DNA of 64,000 bases, from NCBI GenBank assembly GCA_947593925.1, contig CANQDU010000001.1:141188-205187 (forward strand), given 5' to 3'. Below the pieces are notes generated by a model. It did not search any database, was not told where the DNA came from, and saw only the letters and a list, made by a program, of their open reading frames with translations. The position numbers and the translations under genes are program-made. Shown in pieces: positions 9,405-17,676 of this stretch (position 1 is the stretch's first letter; every line of letters begins with the position of its first letter). The DNA is from an uncultured Clostridia bacterium. Its GTDB lineage: Bacteria > Bacillota > Clostridia > Oscillospirales > JAAYOS01.

Positions 9405-10733
9405 TTACAGGCGCTTTGCAAGCTCCGCGCCGAGCTCTTCGTAGCCCGGCTTGCCGAGCAGAGCGAACATGTTCTTCTTGTACGCCTCGACGCCCGGCTG
9501 GTTGAACGGGTTTACGCCGAGGGTGTAGCCCGAGATGCCGCAGGCAAGCTCGAAGAAGTACACGAGCTCGCCGTAGTTGTGCTCGTCGAGCTTATCCATC
9601 GTGACGAGGATGTTCGGCACGCCGCCGTCAACGTGCGCGAGCGCGACGCCGCGCCGCGCCTGCTCGTTGACGTAGTGCAGGTCGCGTCCGGCGATGTAGT
9701 TCAGGCCGTCCACGTTCTCCTCGGTCGCCTCTATCGTGACGTTTCCGTTCGGGTGCTCCATCTTTACGACGGTCTCGAAGATGTTTCTCATACCCTCCTG
9801 GATGTACTGGCCCATCGAGTGAAGGTCGGCCGTGAAGTCGCAGCTTGCCGGGAATATGCCCTTGCCGTCCTTGCCCTCGCTCTCGCCGTAGAGCTGCTTC
9901 CACCACTCCGCCATGAAGCGGAATGCGGGCTCGTAGCAGGCAAGGATCTCGGTGGTCTTGCCCGCGCGGTAGAGCGCGTTGCGCGCGGCGGCGTACTGCC
10001 AGACCGGGTTCGAGAAGGACTTCTCGGAGAACTCCGCCATGGCGCTGTACGCGCCCTTCATGACGGCGTCGATATCTATCCCGGCAGCGGCCATCGGCAG
10101 CAGGCCGACGGCGGAGAGGACGGAGAAGCGTCCGCCGATGTTGTCCGGCACGACGAAGGTCTCATATCCCTCGACGGTGGCGAGGTTCTTCAGGGCGCCC
10201 TTCGCGGCGTCGGTCGTGGCGTAGATGCGGCTCTTTGCGCCCTCCTTGCCGTACTTCTTCTCTATGAGCGCCTTGAAGATGCGGAAGGCGATGGCGGGCT
10301 CGGTGGTCGTGCCCGACTTCGAGATGACGTTTATCGAGAAGTCGCGGTCGCCGATGAGCTCCACTATTTCCTCCGTCGCGGCGGCGGAGATGTTGTTGCC
10401 GGCAAAGAAGATGTCCGGCGTGTTCTTCTTCTTGAGGTTGTAGTTCGGGCTCTTGAGGAACTCTATCGCGGCGCGCGCGCCGAGGTAGCTTCCGCCGATG
10501 CCGATGACGACGAGCGCCTGTGAGTCGCTCTTTATCTTCTCGGCGGCCTTCTTTATGCGCGCGAACTCCTCGCGGTCGTAGTTCTCGGGCAGACGGAGCC
10601 AGCCGAGGAAGTCGCTCCCCGCGCCGGTGCCGGCTTCGAGGGTCTCGTGCGCGGCCTTCAGCTCCGCCGAGAGCGCCTCGATCTTCTCCTTGCTCACAAA
10701 CGGGAACACGTTGGATATGTCGGTCCTTATCAT
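9405..10733 (-). CDS. pgi: Glucose-6-phosphate isomerase
   Basis: The protein matches the Firmicutes-type PGI family ([29 protein letters not shown]). The start is set at MIRTDISN (10733) rather than the longest ORF. Confidence 0.9.
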   Translation of the reverse strand: MIRTDISNVFPFVSKEKIEALSAELKAAHETLEAGTGAGSDFLGWLRLPENYDREEFARIKKAAEKIKSDSQALVVIGIGGSYLGARAAIEFLKSPNYNLKKKNTPDIFFAGNNISAAATEEIVELIGDRDFSINVISKSGTTTEPAIAFRIFKALIEKKYGKEGAKSRIYATTDAAKGALKNLATVEGYETFVVPDNIGGRFSVLSAVGLLPMAAAGIDIDAVMKGAYSAMAEFSEKSFSNPVWQYAAARNALYRAGKTTEILACYEPAFRFMAEWWKQLYGESEGKDGKGIFPASCDFTADLHSMGQYIQEGMRNIFETVVKMEHPNGNVTIEATEENVDGLNYIAGRDLHYVNEQARRGVALAHVDGGVPNILVTMDKLDEHNYGELVYFFELACGISGYTLGVNPFNQPGVEAYKKNMFALLGKPGYEELGAELAKRL

Positions 10734-10840
10734 GTTTTTGTCCTCCCCTGAAAGTCGATCGCGAAGCTGCGTTTTCCGAACCAACGGCCGCCCGGCTCCC
10801 CCGGGCATCCGCCCGCAATCGCTTTATTTTCGGTAATATT

Positions 10841-10869
10841 ATTGTAGCCCAAATCGTGCCAAATTGCAA
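10841..10869 (-). promoter_or_regulatory. Candidate sigma-A promoter of pgi
   Basis: On the minus strand TTGCAA (10864-10869) and TACAAT (10841-10846) are separated by 17 nt. Confidence 0.45.
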
Positions 10870-10942
10870 CATCAAAATCGCCCTTACGGGCTTTCGCAGC
10901 AAATCGCGCTCGCTACGCTGCCCAACCGGCGCGAAGCGCCGC

Positions 10943-11080
10943 CCGCGCCTGTTCGCGCGGTTAAAGTTGATTGCCGCAGGCAAACAACTTTGCGCAGGGG
11001 CAATTCATTTGCCCCGAGCATTTTAATCGGTAGGGTTCCCACGCGGTCGATGACCGCGTGGGACAAGCGAGCGGAGCGGC
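10943..11080 (-). repeat. Four-hairpin module F, copy 1 (part of composite R2, 10870..11121)
   Basis: It is homologous to 25887..26025 and 57975..58112, with hairpins at 10943-10960, 10964-10990, ~10997-11015 and 11037-11063. Confidence 0.8.
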
Positions 11081-11121
11081 AAAACGCCGCCATTCCCTGC
11101 CGCAGAACGTCTTTCAGAGAA

Positions 11122-11418
11122 TCATAAAAACCAGATTATCGCCAGTATCAGCTCCGCGAGCGTCAGCGCCCACACCGACGCCATGAGGTACCCCTTGCGT
11201 ATCTTGTGGTGCGCGGCGTAGAAGCCGATGAGCACCCCGGCGCCGCCGAGCGTCGCGGCAAAGAACACGAACCTCCGCTCGGGCACGCGGCGCTCGTGCC
11301 GTATCGCCGCGCGCTTGTCAAGGAGCGTCACCGTGAGCGCCACGATGTTCCATATCACGACGGCGACGGCGAACGCCGCGGCCGCCGGAACGCTTGTCGA
11401 AAGAAAGCTCTCCGGCAT
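11122..11418 (-). CDS. DUF1294-like small membrane protein
   Basis: The 98-aa protein has TM helices, and the motif LDKRAAIRHERRVPE resembles the DUF1294 family. Confidence 0.65.
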   Translation of the reverse strand: MPESFLSTSVPAAAAFAVAVVIWNIVALTVTLLDKRAAIRHERRVPERRFVFFAATLGGAGVLIGFYAAHHKIRKGYLMASVWALTLAELILAIIWFL

Positions 11419-11421
11419 ACG

Positions 11422-12711
11422 CTACACCGTGCGCCCGCGCGCGGGCAGGACATGTCCCTCGAGCGCGCCGTCCTCGCGGACGGCGGTTATCTTCACCGGG
11501 AGTATCCTTCCGTGCTCGCCGTGCGCCGCGACCTCGATGTAGTTCTCGCTGTGACCGCGCTCCCCGCCGCGCTCGAACAGGACCTCGAGCGTCCGTCCGA
11601 CCTGCCGCTCCAGGTACGCGCGGCGGCATATCCGGGCGCACTCCGCCGCCTCCTGCGCGCGGCGCGCCTTCACGCCGTTCGTTATCCTCCCCGGCATCCG
11701 CGCCGCCGCCGTGCCCTCCCGCACGGAGTACGGGAAGACGTGCACCGCCGCAAACTCTATCCCCCGGAGGAAGGCGAGCGTCTCCTCGTGCTCCTCCTTG
11801 GTCTCGCCGGGAAATCCCGTGATTAGGTCGGTCGTAAGAGCCGGGTCGAAGAAGCGGCTCCGCAGCTCCTCCGCAACTGCCGCAAATCCGTCCGGCGTGT
11901 ACTTGCGTCCCATCCGCCGCAGCACGCCCGCGCTGCCGCTCTGGAGCGACAGGTGGAAGTGCGGGCAGAGGTTCGGTATCTCCGCAATCCGCCGCACCGT
12001 CTCGCGGTCGAGGCGGCTCGGTTCGAGCGAGCCGAGGCGTATCCGCGCGGGACCCGCCGCGCGCGCGGCGGTCTCTACAAGCGACGCGAAGTCCGCGCCG
12101 ATGTCCTCTCCGTAGCTTGAAACCTCTATGCCGGTGACGACTATCTCGCGGTACCCCTCCTCCGCGAGGCGCGCGGCTTCGCGCGCGACGTCCTCGAGCG
12201 GAAGCGAGCGCACCGGTCCGCGCAGATAGGGTATTATGCAGTATGTGCAGTAGTTGCCGCATCCGTCCTGCACTTTGAGGTAAGCGCGCGAGTGTCCGTC
12301 GAACGCGCCCGCCGGGAGCTGTTCTATCTCGCGGCGCGCGCGGGGATCGCCGACCGTGCCGGCGGCGCGGCCGTCTCCCGCCGCAAGGCTCTCGATATAC
12401 TCCACCACCGCGCGCCGCTCCCCCGCGCCGCCGACGTAGTCCGCGCCGAGGGCGCGCGCCGCCTCCTCGTCCGCCTGGGCGGCGCACCCGCAGACGACTA
12501 TCTTTGCCGAGGGGTTCAGCTTCTTCGCGTGCCGCACCGCCTGACGGCTCTTGCGGGCGCTCTCCCCCGTGACGGCGCAGGTGTTTATGACGACAACGTC
12601 CGCCTCCTCCGGCGGCGCGGTGACGTGCCCCGCCGCGAGAAGGAGGTTTTCCATCGCCTGAGTCTCATATTGATTTACTTTGCATCCGAGCGTGACGAAA
12701 GCTGCTCTCAT
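11422..12711 (-). CDS. mtaB: tRNA (t6A37) methylthiotransferase MtaB (radical SAM)
   Basis: The N-terminus TLGCKVNQYE, the radical-SAM CxxxCxxC motif (CGNYCTYC) and a TRAM-like C-terminus are present. The start is at MRAAFVTLGC (12711). Confidence 0.85.
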   Translation of the reverse strand: MRAAFVTLGCKVNQYETQAMENLLLAAGHVTAPPEEADVVVINTCAVTGESARKSRQAVRHAKKLNPSAKIVVCGCAAQADEEAARALGADYVGGAGERRAVVEYIESLAAGDGRAAGTVGDPRARREIEQLPAGAFDGHSRAYLKVQDGCGNYCTYCIIPYLRGPVRSLPLEDVAREAARLAEEGYREIVVTGIEVSSYGEDIGADFASLVETAARAAGPARIRLGSLEPSRLDRETVRRIAEIPNLCPHFHLSLQSGSAGVLRRMGRKYTPDGFAAVAEELRSRFFDPALTTDLITGFPGETKEEHEETLAFLRGIEFAAVHVFPYSVREGTAAARMPGRITNGVKARRAQEAAECARICRRAYLERQVGRTLEVLFERGGERGHSENYIEVAAHGEHGRILPVKITAVREDGALEGHVLPARGRTV

Positions 12712-12938
12712 CGTACCGTCTCCCGTGCGGTCGCATGTCCTCCTTCGTTGCGAAAAGCCAGAAAAGCACAATATCAACGCCGAAAAGTTTGTGCGAAAGT
12801 GCGATTGCAAATTCGTTTCGCCGCCGATATAATATGTGGTGTGAAGGGGAAGTGACAAAACGACGCCTGTTTTTCTTTATCTGCTTCTGATTATATCATT
12901 TCGGAGCGGCGTCTTCAACACGAAAGGAGGATTTTCGC

Positions 12939-13178
12939 ATGACGGTCTTTACGGTTCTTCTGAGTTCCATAAACGATGTCAAAAGATTCGTCTCGGCGGC
13001 TAACTCTCTGCCCTGCGATATCGACGTCATTTCCGGGCGTTACGTTATCGACGCGAAGTCGATAATGGGTATGTTCAGTTTGGATCTCTCAAAGGCTGTG
13101 CGCGTCGAGCTGCACGGCACCGAGTCGGACGCGAAGCAGTTCCGCGGCATGATAGCCTCGAACGTCGTCGAGGGCTGA
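12939..13178 (+). CDS. HPr-fold protein lacking the His15 phosphorylation site (Crh-like)
   Basis: IDAKSIMGMFSLDL matches the HPr Ser46 region (KSIMG). The His15 region reads SSINDVKRF with no His. Confidence 0.65.
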   Translation: MTVFTVLLSSINDVKRFVSAANSLPCDIDVISGRYVIDAKSIMGMFSLDLSKAVRVELHGTESDAKQFRGMIASNVVEG

Positions 13179-13228
13179 GAGACGGGCTCCGCCCGCGCTT
13201 CTTTTAGCAAAAGCGAATAATTTTTCGG

Positions 13229-13270
13229 AAGCTCCACATCTTATTACCGGATGCGGAGCTTTTATTTTTT
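13229..13270 (+). terminator. Rho-independent terminator after the HPr-like gene
   Basis: An imperfect stem (aagctccacatc/gatgcggagctt) is followed by a T-run. Confidence 0.5.
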
Positions 13271-13313
13271 ACGGAAGAAACGCGGGCACTGCCCGCCGAA
13301 AGGACGGAACAAG

Positions 13314-14462
13314 ATGAAGAAAACTGCGACCCTGCTCGTTTTGGCCCTGCTCGCGGGTCTGCTCCCGCTCTCGGGCGCGAGCGCGGAGGTGCCCGCCGCG
13401 CCGACGGTCTCCGCCGCGGCGGCGTGTCTGATGGAACGGGACACCGGGCGCGTTCTCTACGAGCAGAACGCGCACGAGGCGATGCCTCCCGCGTCGGTGA
13501 CAAAGGTGATGAGCCTCCTCCTGATATGCGAGGCGCTGAACGACGGCCGCCTCACTCTTGACGGCACGGTGACCTGCTCGGAGCACGCAGCGTCGATGGG
13601 CGGCAGCCAGATCTACCTCGAGCCGGGCGAGGAGATGTCGGTCGAGGACATGCTGAAGTCGGTCGTGATGGGTTCCGCGAACGACGCCGTCGTCGCGCTC
13701 GCGGAGGCCGTCGCGGGCAGCGAGGATAGCTTCGTCGCGATGATGAACGCCCGCTCGAAGGAGCTCGGCATGAACGACTCGACTTGGAAGAACGCCTGCG
13801 GCCTCGACGTCGAGGGGCACGTCACGAGCGCCTACGACATAGCGGTCATGAGCCGCGCGCTGCTTCTCGAGTATCCCGAAATCAAGAAGTACACGACGAC
13901 ATGGATGGACAGCGTGCGCGGCGGCGAGTTTCAGCTTGCCAACACCAACAAGCTCGTCCGAAGCTACTCCGGCATAACCGGCCTCAAGACCGGCTACACC
14001 TCCACCGCCGGCCACTGCCTCTCCGCGACGGCGGAGCGGGACGGCATGGAGCTGATCTGCGCCGTTCTGAAGGGGCCGAGCTCGTCGGAACGGTTCGAGG
14101 CGGCGCGTCAGCTCCTTGACTACGGGTTTGCGAACTACGCCGTCGCCGACCTCACCGACGGCGCTGGCGCGATAGCGCCGGTGCCGGTCGAGATGGGCCG
14201 CGCGGACACGGTCGCCGCCGCGCCGGAGGGCGGCGGCAGGGTGCTCGTCGAGCGCGGCGAGCTCAGCTCGGTGACGCACGAGGTCTCCGTCGTCGAGTCC
14301 ATCCCCGCGCCGGTGTCGGTCGGGGACGCGCTCGGCGAGGTGATAGTCCGCGCCGGCGACCGCGAGCTCGCGCGGATACCGATAGTCGCGACCGAGTCCG
14401 TGGCGCGGCTCACCTTCGGGGACGTGTATACTGATCTGCTGAGAAAGCTGTTCTTTGAATAA
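13314..14462 (+). CDS. D-alanyl-D-alanine carboxypeptidase (serine-type, PBP5/S11 family)
   Basis: A signal peptide (MKKTATLLVLALLAG) and the SVTK (SxxK), SAN(D) and KTG motifs are present. Confidence 0.85.
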   Translation: MKKTATLLVLALLAGLLPLSGASAEVPAAPTVSAAAACLMERDTGRVLYEQNAHEAMPPASVTKVMSLLLICEALNDGRLTLDGTVTCSEHAASMGGSQIYLEPGEEMSVEDMLKSVVMGSANDAVVALAEAVAGSEDSFVAMMNARSKELGMNDSTWKNACGLDVEGHVTSAYDIAVMSRALLLEYPEIKKYTTTWMDSVRGGEFQLANTNKLVRSYSGITGLKTGYTSTAGHCLSATAERDGMELICAVLKGPSSSERFEAARQLLDYGFANYAVADLTDGAGAIAPVPVEMGRADTVAAAPEGGGRVLVERGELSSVTHEVSVVESIPAPVSVGDALGEVIVRAGDRELARIPIVATESVARLTFGDVYTDLLRKLFFE

Positions 14463-14469
14463 TCGCGTT

Positions 14470-14514
14470 CGCGGGGAATAAGGAGCGGGCAAAGCCCGCT
14501 CCTTATTCCCCGCG
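14470..14514 (+). repeat. Stop-proximal long hairpin (first module of composite R3), 8 nt after the dacB-like stop
   Basis: The sequence is cgcggggaataaggagcgggc-aaa-gcccgctccttattccccgcg. It is homologous to 38739..38787, with a compensatory mid-stem. Confidence 0.75.
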
Positions 14515-14517
14515 AGA

Positions 14518-14600
14518 CCGTCGGACAGGGCGAAGCCCTGCCGACGGCCAGCGCCGTTCTTCGCTCCTCGCGGCTTTGCCGCTTCGAAGCGCGAACGGCG
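14518..14600 (+). repeat. Modules C and D of composite R3
   Basis: C (14518-14547, ccgtcggacagggcgaagccctgccgacgg) and D (14552-14600) parallel 1251-1280 and 1285-1334. Confidence 0.75.
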
Positions 14601-14778
14601 AGAGGTGTAAATTTCGCCGTTCGGTTCGTACAATGTTGGGACGTCGGCGCGAAGCGCCGAGGTCAGATGCGCCCGGTAGAAAGTTCCGGTGCGTAGCAAG
14701 TCGAAGGGCGCATTCACGCCGCCGCCGAAAATAATTTGAACTTATTTCGCCGCTAACGCGGCGAAACTCTGCGAGGCT
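14601..14778 (+). repeat. Module E, long form, copy 2
   Basis: It runs from gagaggtgtaaatttcgcc to atttcgccgctaacgcggcgaaactctgcgaggct and is homologous to the reverse complement of 25677..25853. Confidence 0.8.
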
Positions 14779-14843
14779 TTTGAAAAGCCCGAGGGAGCCG
14801 CTAAACGCGGCTCCCTCGGGTTTGCTTTATTTTGTGCGAATGT

Positions 14844-15515
14844 TTACTTCGCGCCGTACTCGGCGAGGTAGGCCTCCATCTTCGCGCGGGTGGCGTCGTC
14901 GATGTAGACCTTTCCGTCCACCTCGCGGTTATGCAGGCTCTCTATCACGTCGTACACCGTCGCTATCGGGCAGACCTTCAGGCCGAACTCGTCCTCGAGC
15001 TCGTCGAGAGCGGCGCGGACGCCCTGTCCGCGTTCGCGGCGGTCGATAGAGACTATCAGCGCCGCGAGCTTCACGTCCGCCGCCGATTTCAGTATCTCCG
15101 CGCTCTCGCGGACGGCGGTGCCGGCGGTGACGACGTCCTCCACTATCACTATGCGGTCGCCGTCCTTCGGCTTGTATCCGACAAGGCTGCCGCCCTCGCC
15201 GTGGTCCTTGGCCTCCTTGCGGTTGAAGAAGTACGGCTTATCGACGCCGTAGAGCCGCCACAGCGACGCGGCGGCGGCCGAGGCGAGCGGTATCCCCTTG
15301 TACGCGGGGCCGAACAGCGCGTCGAAGTCGGTCCCGAAGTCCTCCATTATCGTGCGGGCGTAGAGGTCGCCGAGCGCGGCGAGCTCCGCGCCGGTGCGGA
15401 AGTTGCCGGTGTTGACGAAGTACGGCGTCTTCCGTCCGCTCTTTGTGACGAAGTCGCCGAAGGTGAGCACGCCGGAGCGCACCATCAGTTCTATAAGCTC
15501 GCTTTTTCTGCTCAT
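14844..15515 (-). CDS. pyrE: Orotate phosphoribosyltransferase
   Basis: FGDFVTKSGRKTPYFVN and VIVEDVVTAGTA (PRPP-binding loop) are present. The start is at MSRKSELIE (15515). Confidence 0.9.
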   Translation of the reverse strand: MSRKSELIELMVRSGVLTFGDFVTKSGRKTPYFVNTGNFRTGAELAALGDLYARTIMEDFGTDFDALFGPAYKGIPLASAAAASLWRLYGVDKPYFFNRKEAKDHGEGGSLVGYKPKDGDRIVIVEDVVTAGTAVRESAEILKSAADVKLAALIVSIDRRERGQGVRAALDELEDEFGLKVCPIATVYDVIESLHNREVDGKVYIDDATRAKMEAYLAEYGAK

Positions 15516-15603
15516 GTCTGTCCTCCGAAAAGAATTCTCCGGACTAGGATACCACATTCCGGCGCATGATGCAAGAGAGAAAGTTTCAAACAGTCTACCG
15601 ACC

Positions 15604-15695
15604 GTTTGGGAATTGCGCCTGCGCAGTTCCAAGTGAACTTTTCGCTGCAAATTGGTAAGGGCGCGGATAAAATCCGCGCCCGCGATTTGCAGCGA
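15604..15695 (-). repeat. Composite R4: modules A (15642-15695) and B (15604-15637), inverted, starting 6 nt after the stop of the minus-strand gene 15702..16112
   Basis: The reverse complement of 15642-15695 equals 1157-1210 except for one loop base. Confidence 0.85.
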
Positions 15696-15701
15696 AATTA
15701 T

Positions 15702-16112
15702 TTAGAAATACTTGCTTATCCCCTCGCTGACATTGTCGAGCGGGGCGCTTATCATGACGGTGAACTGCACGCCGTTCTCGGTGCGGAACTTCTCGAGCCA
15801 GTCGAGGAACTCCGCGCAGTGCTCGGGGTCGCTGTCTCCCGCGACCTTATAGAGGCTGTCGATAAAGACGTGGGTGGTGTCGTAATTTCCGGCATACAGC
15901 CCGGAGATGAAGCCCTTGAGCGCCTCGTAGCTGTTCACGGGATAGTGAGTTATATCAACAAGACGAGCCTTATAGTTTACATCGTATGTCAGGCGCTTGC
16001 CGCGCTCAATGCAGATAACCGTGCCCTTTTCGGTCAGAAGAGCCTCGTTGACGATGCTTACGACCTTCTGAGTCTTGCCCGAGCCCTTCGGCCCCATTAT
16101 GACTTTGATCAA
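15702..16112 (-). CDS. Small P-loop NTPase, unknown function
   Basis: It has Walker A GPKGSGKT and a Walker-B-like HVFIDS in a 136-aa protein. Confidence 0.6.
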   Translation of the reverse strand: MIKVIMGPKGSGKTQKVVSIVNEALLTEKGTVICIERGKRLTYDVNYKARLVDITHYPVNSYEALKGFISGLYAGNYDTTHVFIDSLYKVAGDSDPEHCAEFLDWLEKFRTENGVQFTVMISAPLDNVSEGISKYF

Positions 16113-16268
16113 ATGTAATACCCCCTAAGAATATGTTGGGTTCCTGCTGACTGTATTTTATCATAAAAGCAGAGCGAATTCAAGCCGTCCGAATATGAAA
16201 TTTGTACTACTGCCGCGGGCGGGCGGCGAACGGCGGAAAACCTCCGGGAAAACCGTGCGTCCCGCGCG

Positions 16269-17537
16269 TCACTCGGCGGCGTTCGCGGCCTCCTTCAGCC
16301 GCGCCATCGCGTCGAGGAATATTTCGTCCTGCGGCGCGTACTCCTCCGCCGTCGGGAACTGCGCCGCGACAGCGAGCCGTCCCCCGTTTATGAGCATCCC
16401 GACCGCTATCCGCGCCGTGGCGGACAGTCTCGGCAGGAAGTGCGCGCCCGTCGCGCGGAAGCGCTCTCCGCCCGGCTCCACCGCGCCGAGGTCGGTGACG
16501 TTGAACGCCCTGTCCGCCATGATGCCGAACATGTCCCGCGCCTGCGCTGCCATGAGGTCGCCGTAGCCGCCGAACGCGGAATACCAGCTCGCGTCGATAA
16601 GCGTCGGTTCGAGGGAGCGCATGAACGCCGCCTGGTTGTCCTCCTCCCCGGAGGCGAAGCGCTCGCGTATGGCCTTCGCTATCTGTCCGGCGCAGGGTCC
16701 GAGCTCGAGCGAATTTGCGAGGTCATAGCCGAACACCGCGTACTTCTCGAAGTCCGCCATGCCCTTCTCGTCCCCGCGGACGCCGCGCGCGTAGCCCGCG
16801 TTCCCGCTGTCCTCCTGTGAAAGCACCAGCGCCGCCGCGACGAGCGCGCCGAGGTGCGCGTCGTTCTCCTTTGCCATGGTGTCGAGCCGCGCGGTCTCCT
16901 CGCGCGTGAAGACGTACTCCTCCGTCGCCGCGCCGCGCTGCCAGTAACTCTCGCAGAGCAGAAGGTAGTCGTCGTAGTTCATCGGCTTGCCGTACTGCGT
17001 CCAGCGCTTGTTCATCATCTTGCTCATGGTGCGGGTCATCATCGGCAGCTTCACTGCCTTCGGCTCGTCGGGCGCGCGGTAGCGGAGCGGCTCCCCGAGC
17101 GACCCGCTCTCGTTCAGCTCCGCGAGGACGTCATGCGCTATCTCCGCAAGGCAGCTCGCGTCGCCCGCTATCCTGTGAAGCGAGATGACGAGGACCGTCT
17201 TCTCCTCCCCCTCGATAAGTCCGAAGCGCACGAGCTCGCCCTGCTCGGTCTCGAACGGAGACTGCTCCACGTCCGAAGCGACGATGCGCCAGTCGCTCTC
17301 GTCCTCGAGCTCGGCGGCGTAGACCGTGTAGCCCGGCTCGGGCGTAGTCATAAAGTACGCCGCGCCGCCCGCCGACTGCACCGCCTTACATCCGAGCAGC
17401 GGATGGTGCTCCACCGCCGCGCGTATCGCGCGCTCGAGCGCCGCCGTCGGCGGCGCGGGCTCGATGTCCACGGCGAGCGTATTCATCGGCGCGGGGTCGT
17501 GCAGGAATTGTCGTAAGTCAATTATATCTGCTTTCAT
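16269..17537 (-). CDS. Condensation-domain-like acyltransferase (HxxxD superfamily), stand-alone
   Basis: SLHRIAGDASCL resembles the HHxxxDG catalytic motif. The protein is ~420 aa, with the start chosen at MKADIIDL (17537). Confidence 0.5.
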   Translation of the reverse strand: MKADIIDLRQFLHDPAPMNTLAVDIEPAPPTAALERAIRAAVEHHPLLGCKAVQSAGGAAYFMTTPEPGYTVYAAELEDESDWRIVASDVEQSPFETEQGELVRFGLIEGEEKTVLVISLHRIAGDASCLAEIAHDVLAELNESGSLGEPLRYRAPDEPKAVKLPMMTRTMSKMMNKRWTQYGKPMNYDDYLLLCESYWQRGAATEEYVFTREETARLDTMAKENDAHLGALVAAALVLSQEDSGNAGYARGVRGDEKGMADFEKYAVFGYDLANSLELGPCAGQIAKAIRERFASGEEDNQAAFMRSLEPTLIDASWYSAFGGYGDLMAAQARDMFGIMADRAFNVTDLGAVEPGGERFRATGAHFLPRLSATARIAVGMLINGGRLAVAAQFPTAEEYAPQDEIFLDAMARLKEAANAAE

Positions 17538-17602
17538 GTCTTCCCTCCCCGGAGATCCGGCCGCTCCCGAGCGGCCGGAAATCAATCCGATTTTCTGAAG
17601 TT

Positions 17603-17636
17603 TGTGATTGATTATATCACAGAGATAAGGTATAAT
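17603..17636 (+). promoter_or_regulatory. Candidate galM promoter with overlapping 19-bp palindrome
   Basis: TTGATT (17608-13) and TATAAT (17631-36) are separated by 17 nt. The palindrome TGTGAT-N7-ATCACA spans 17603-17621. Confidence 0.45.
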
Positions 17637-17676
17637 CAAGGCGTAAGAGCGAACCGATTATCCGGAGGGATCAGAA

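Noticed and set aside
15516-15600. A PyrR-binding attenuator in the pyrE leader.
   Set aside because: The leader contains agtccggagaa. It does not match the UCCAGAGAGG-type PyrR loop well, and I could not draw an anti-terminator/terminator pair.
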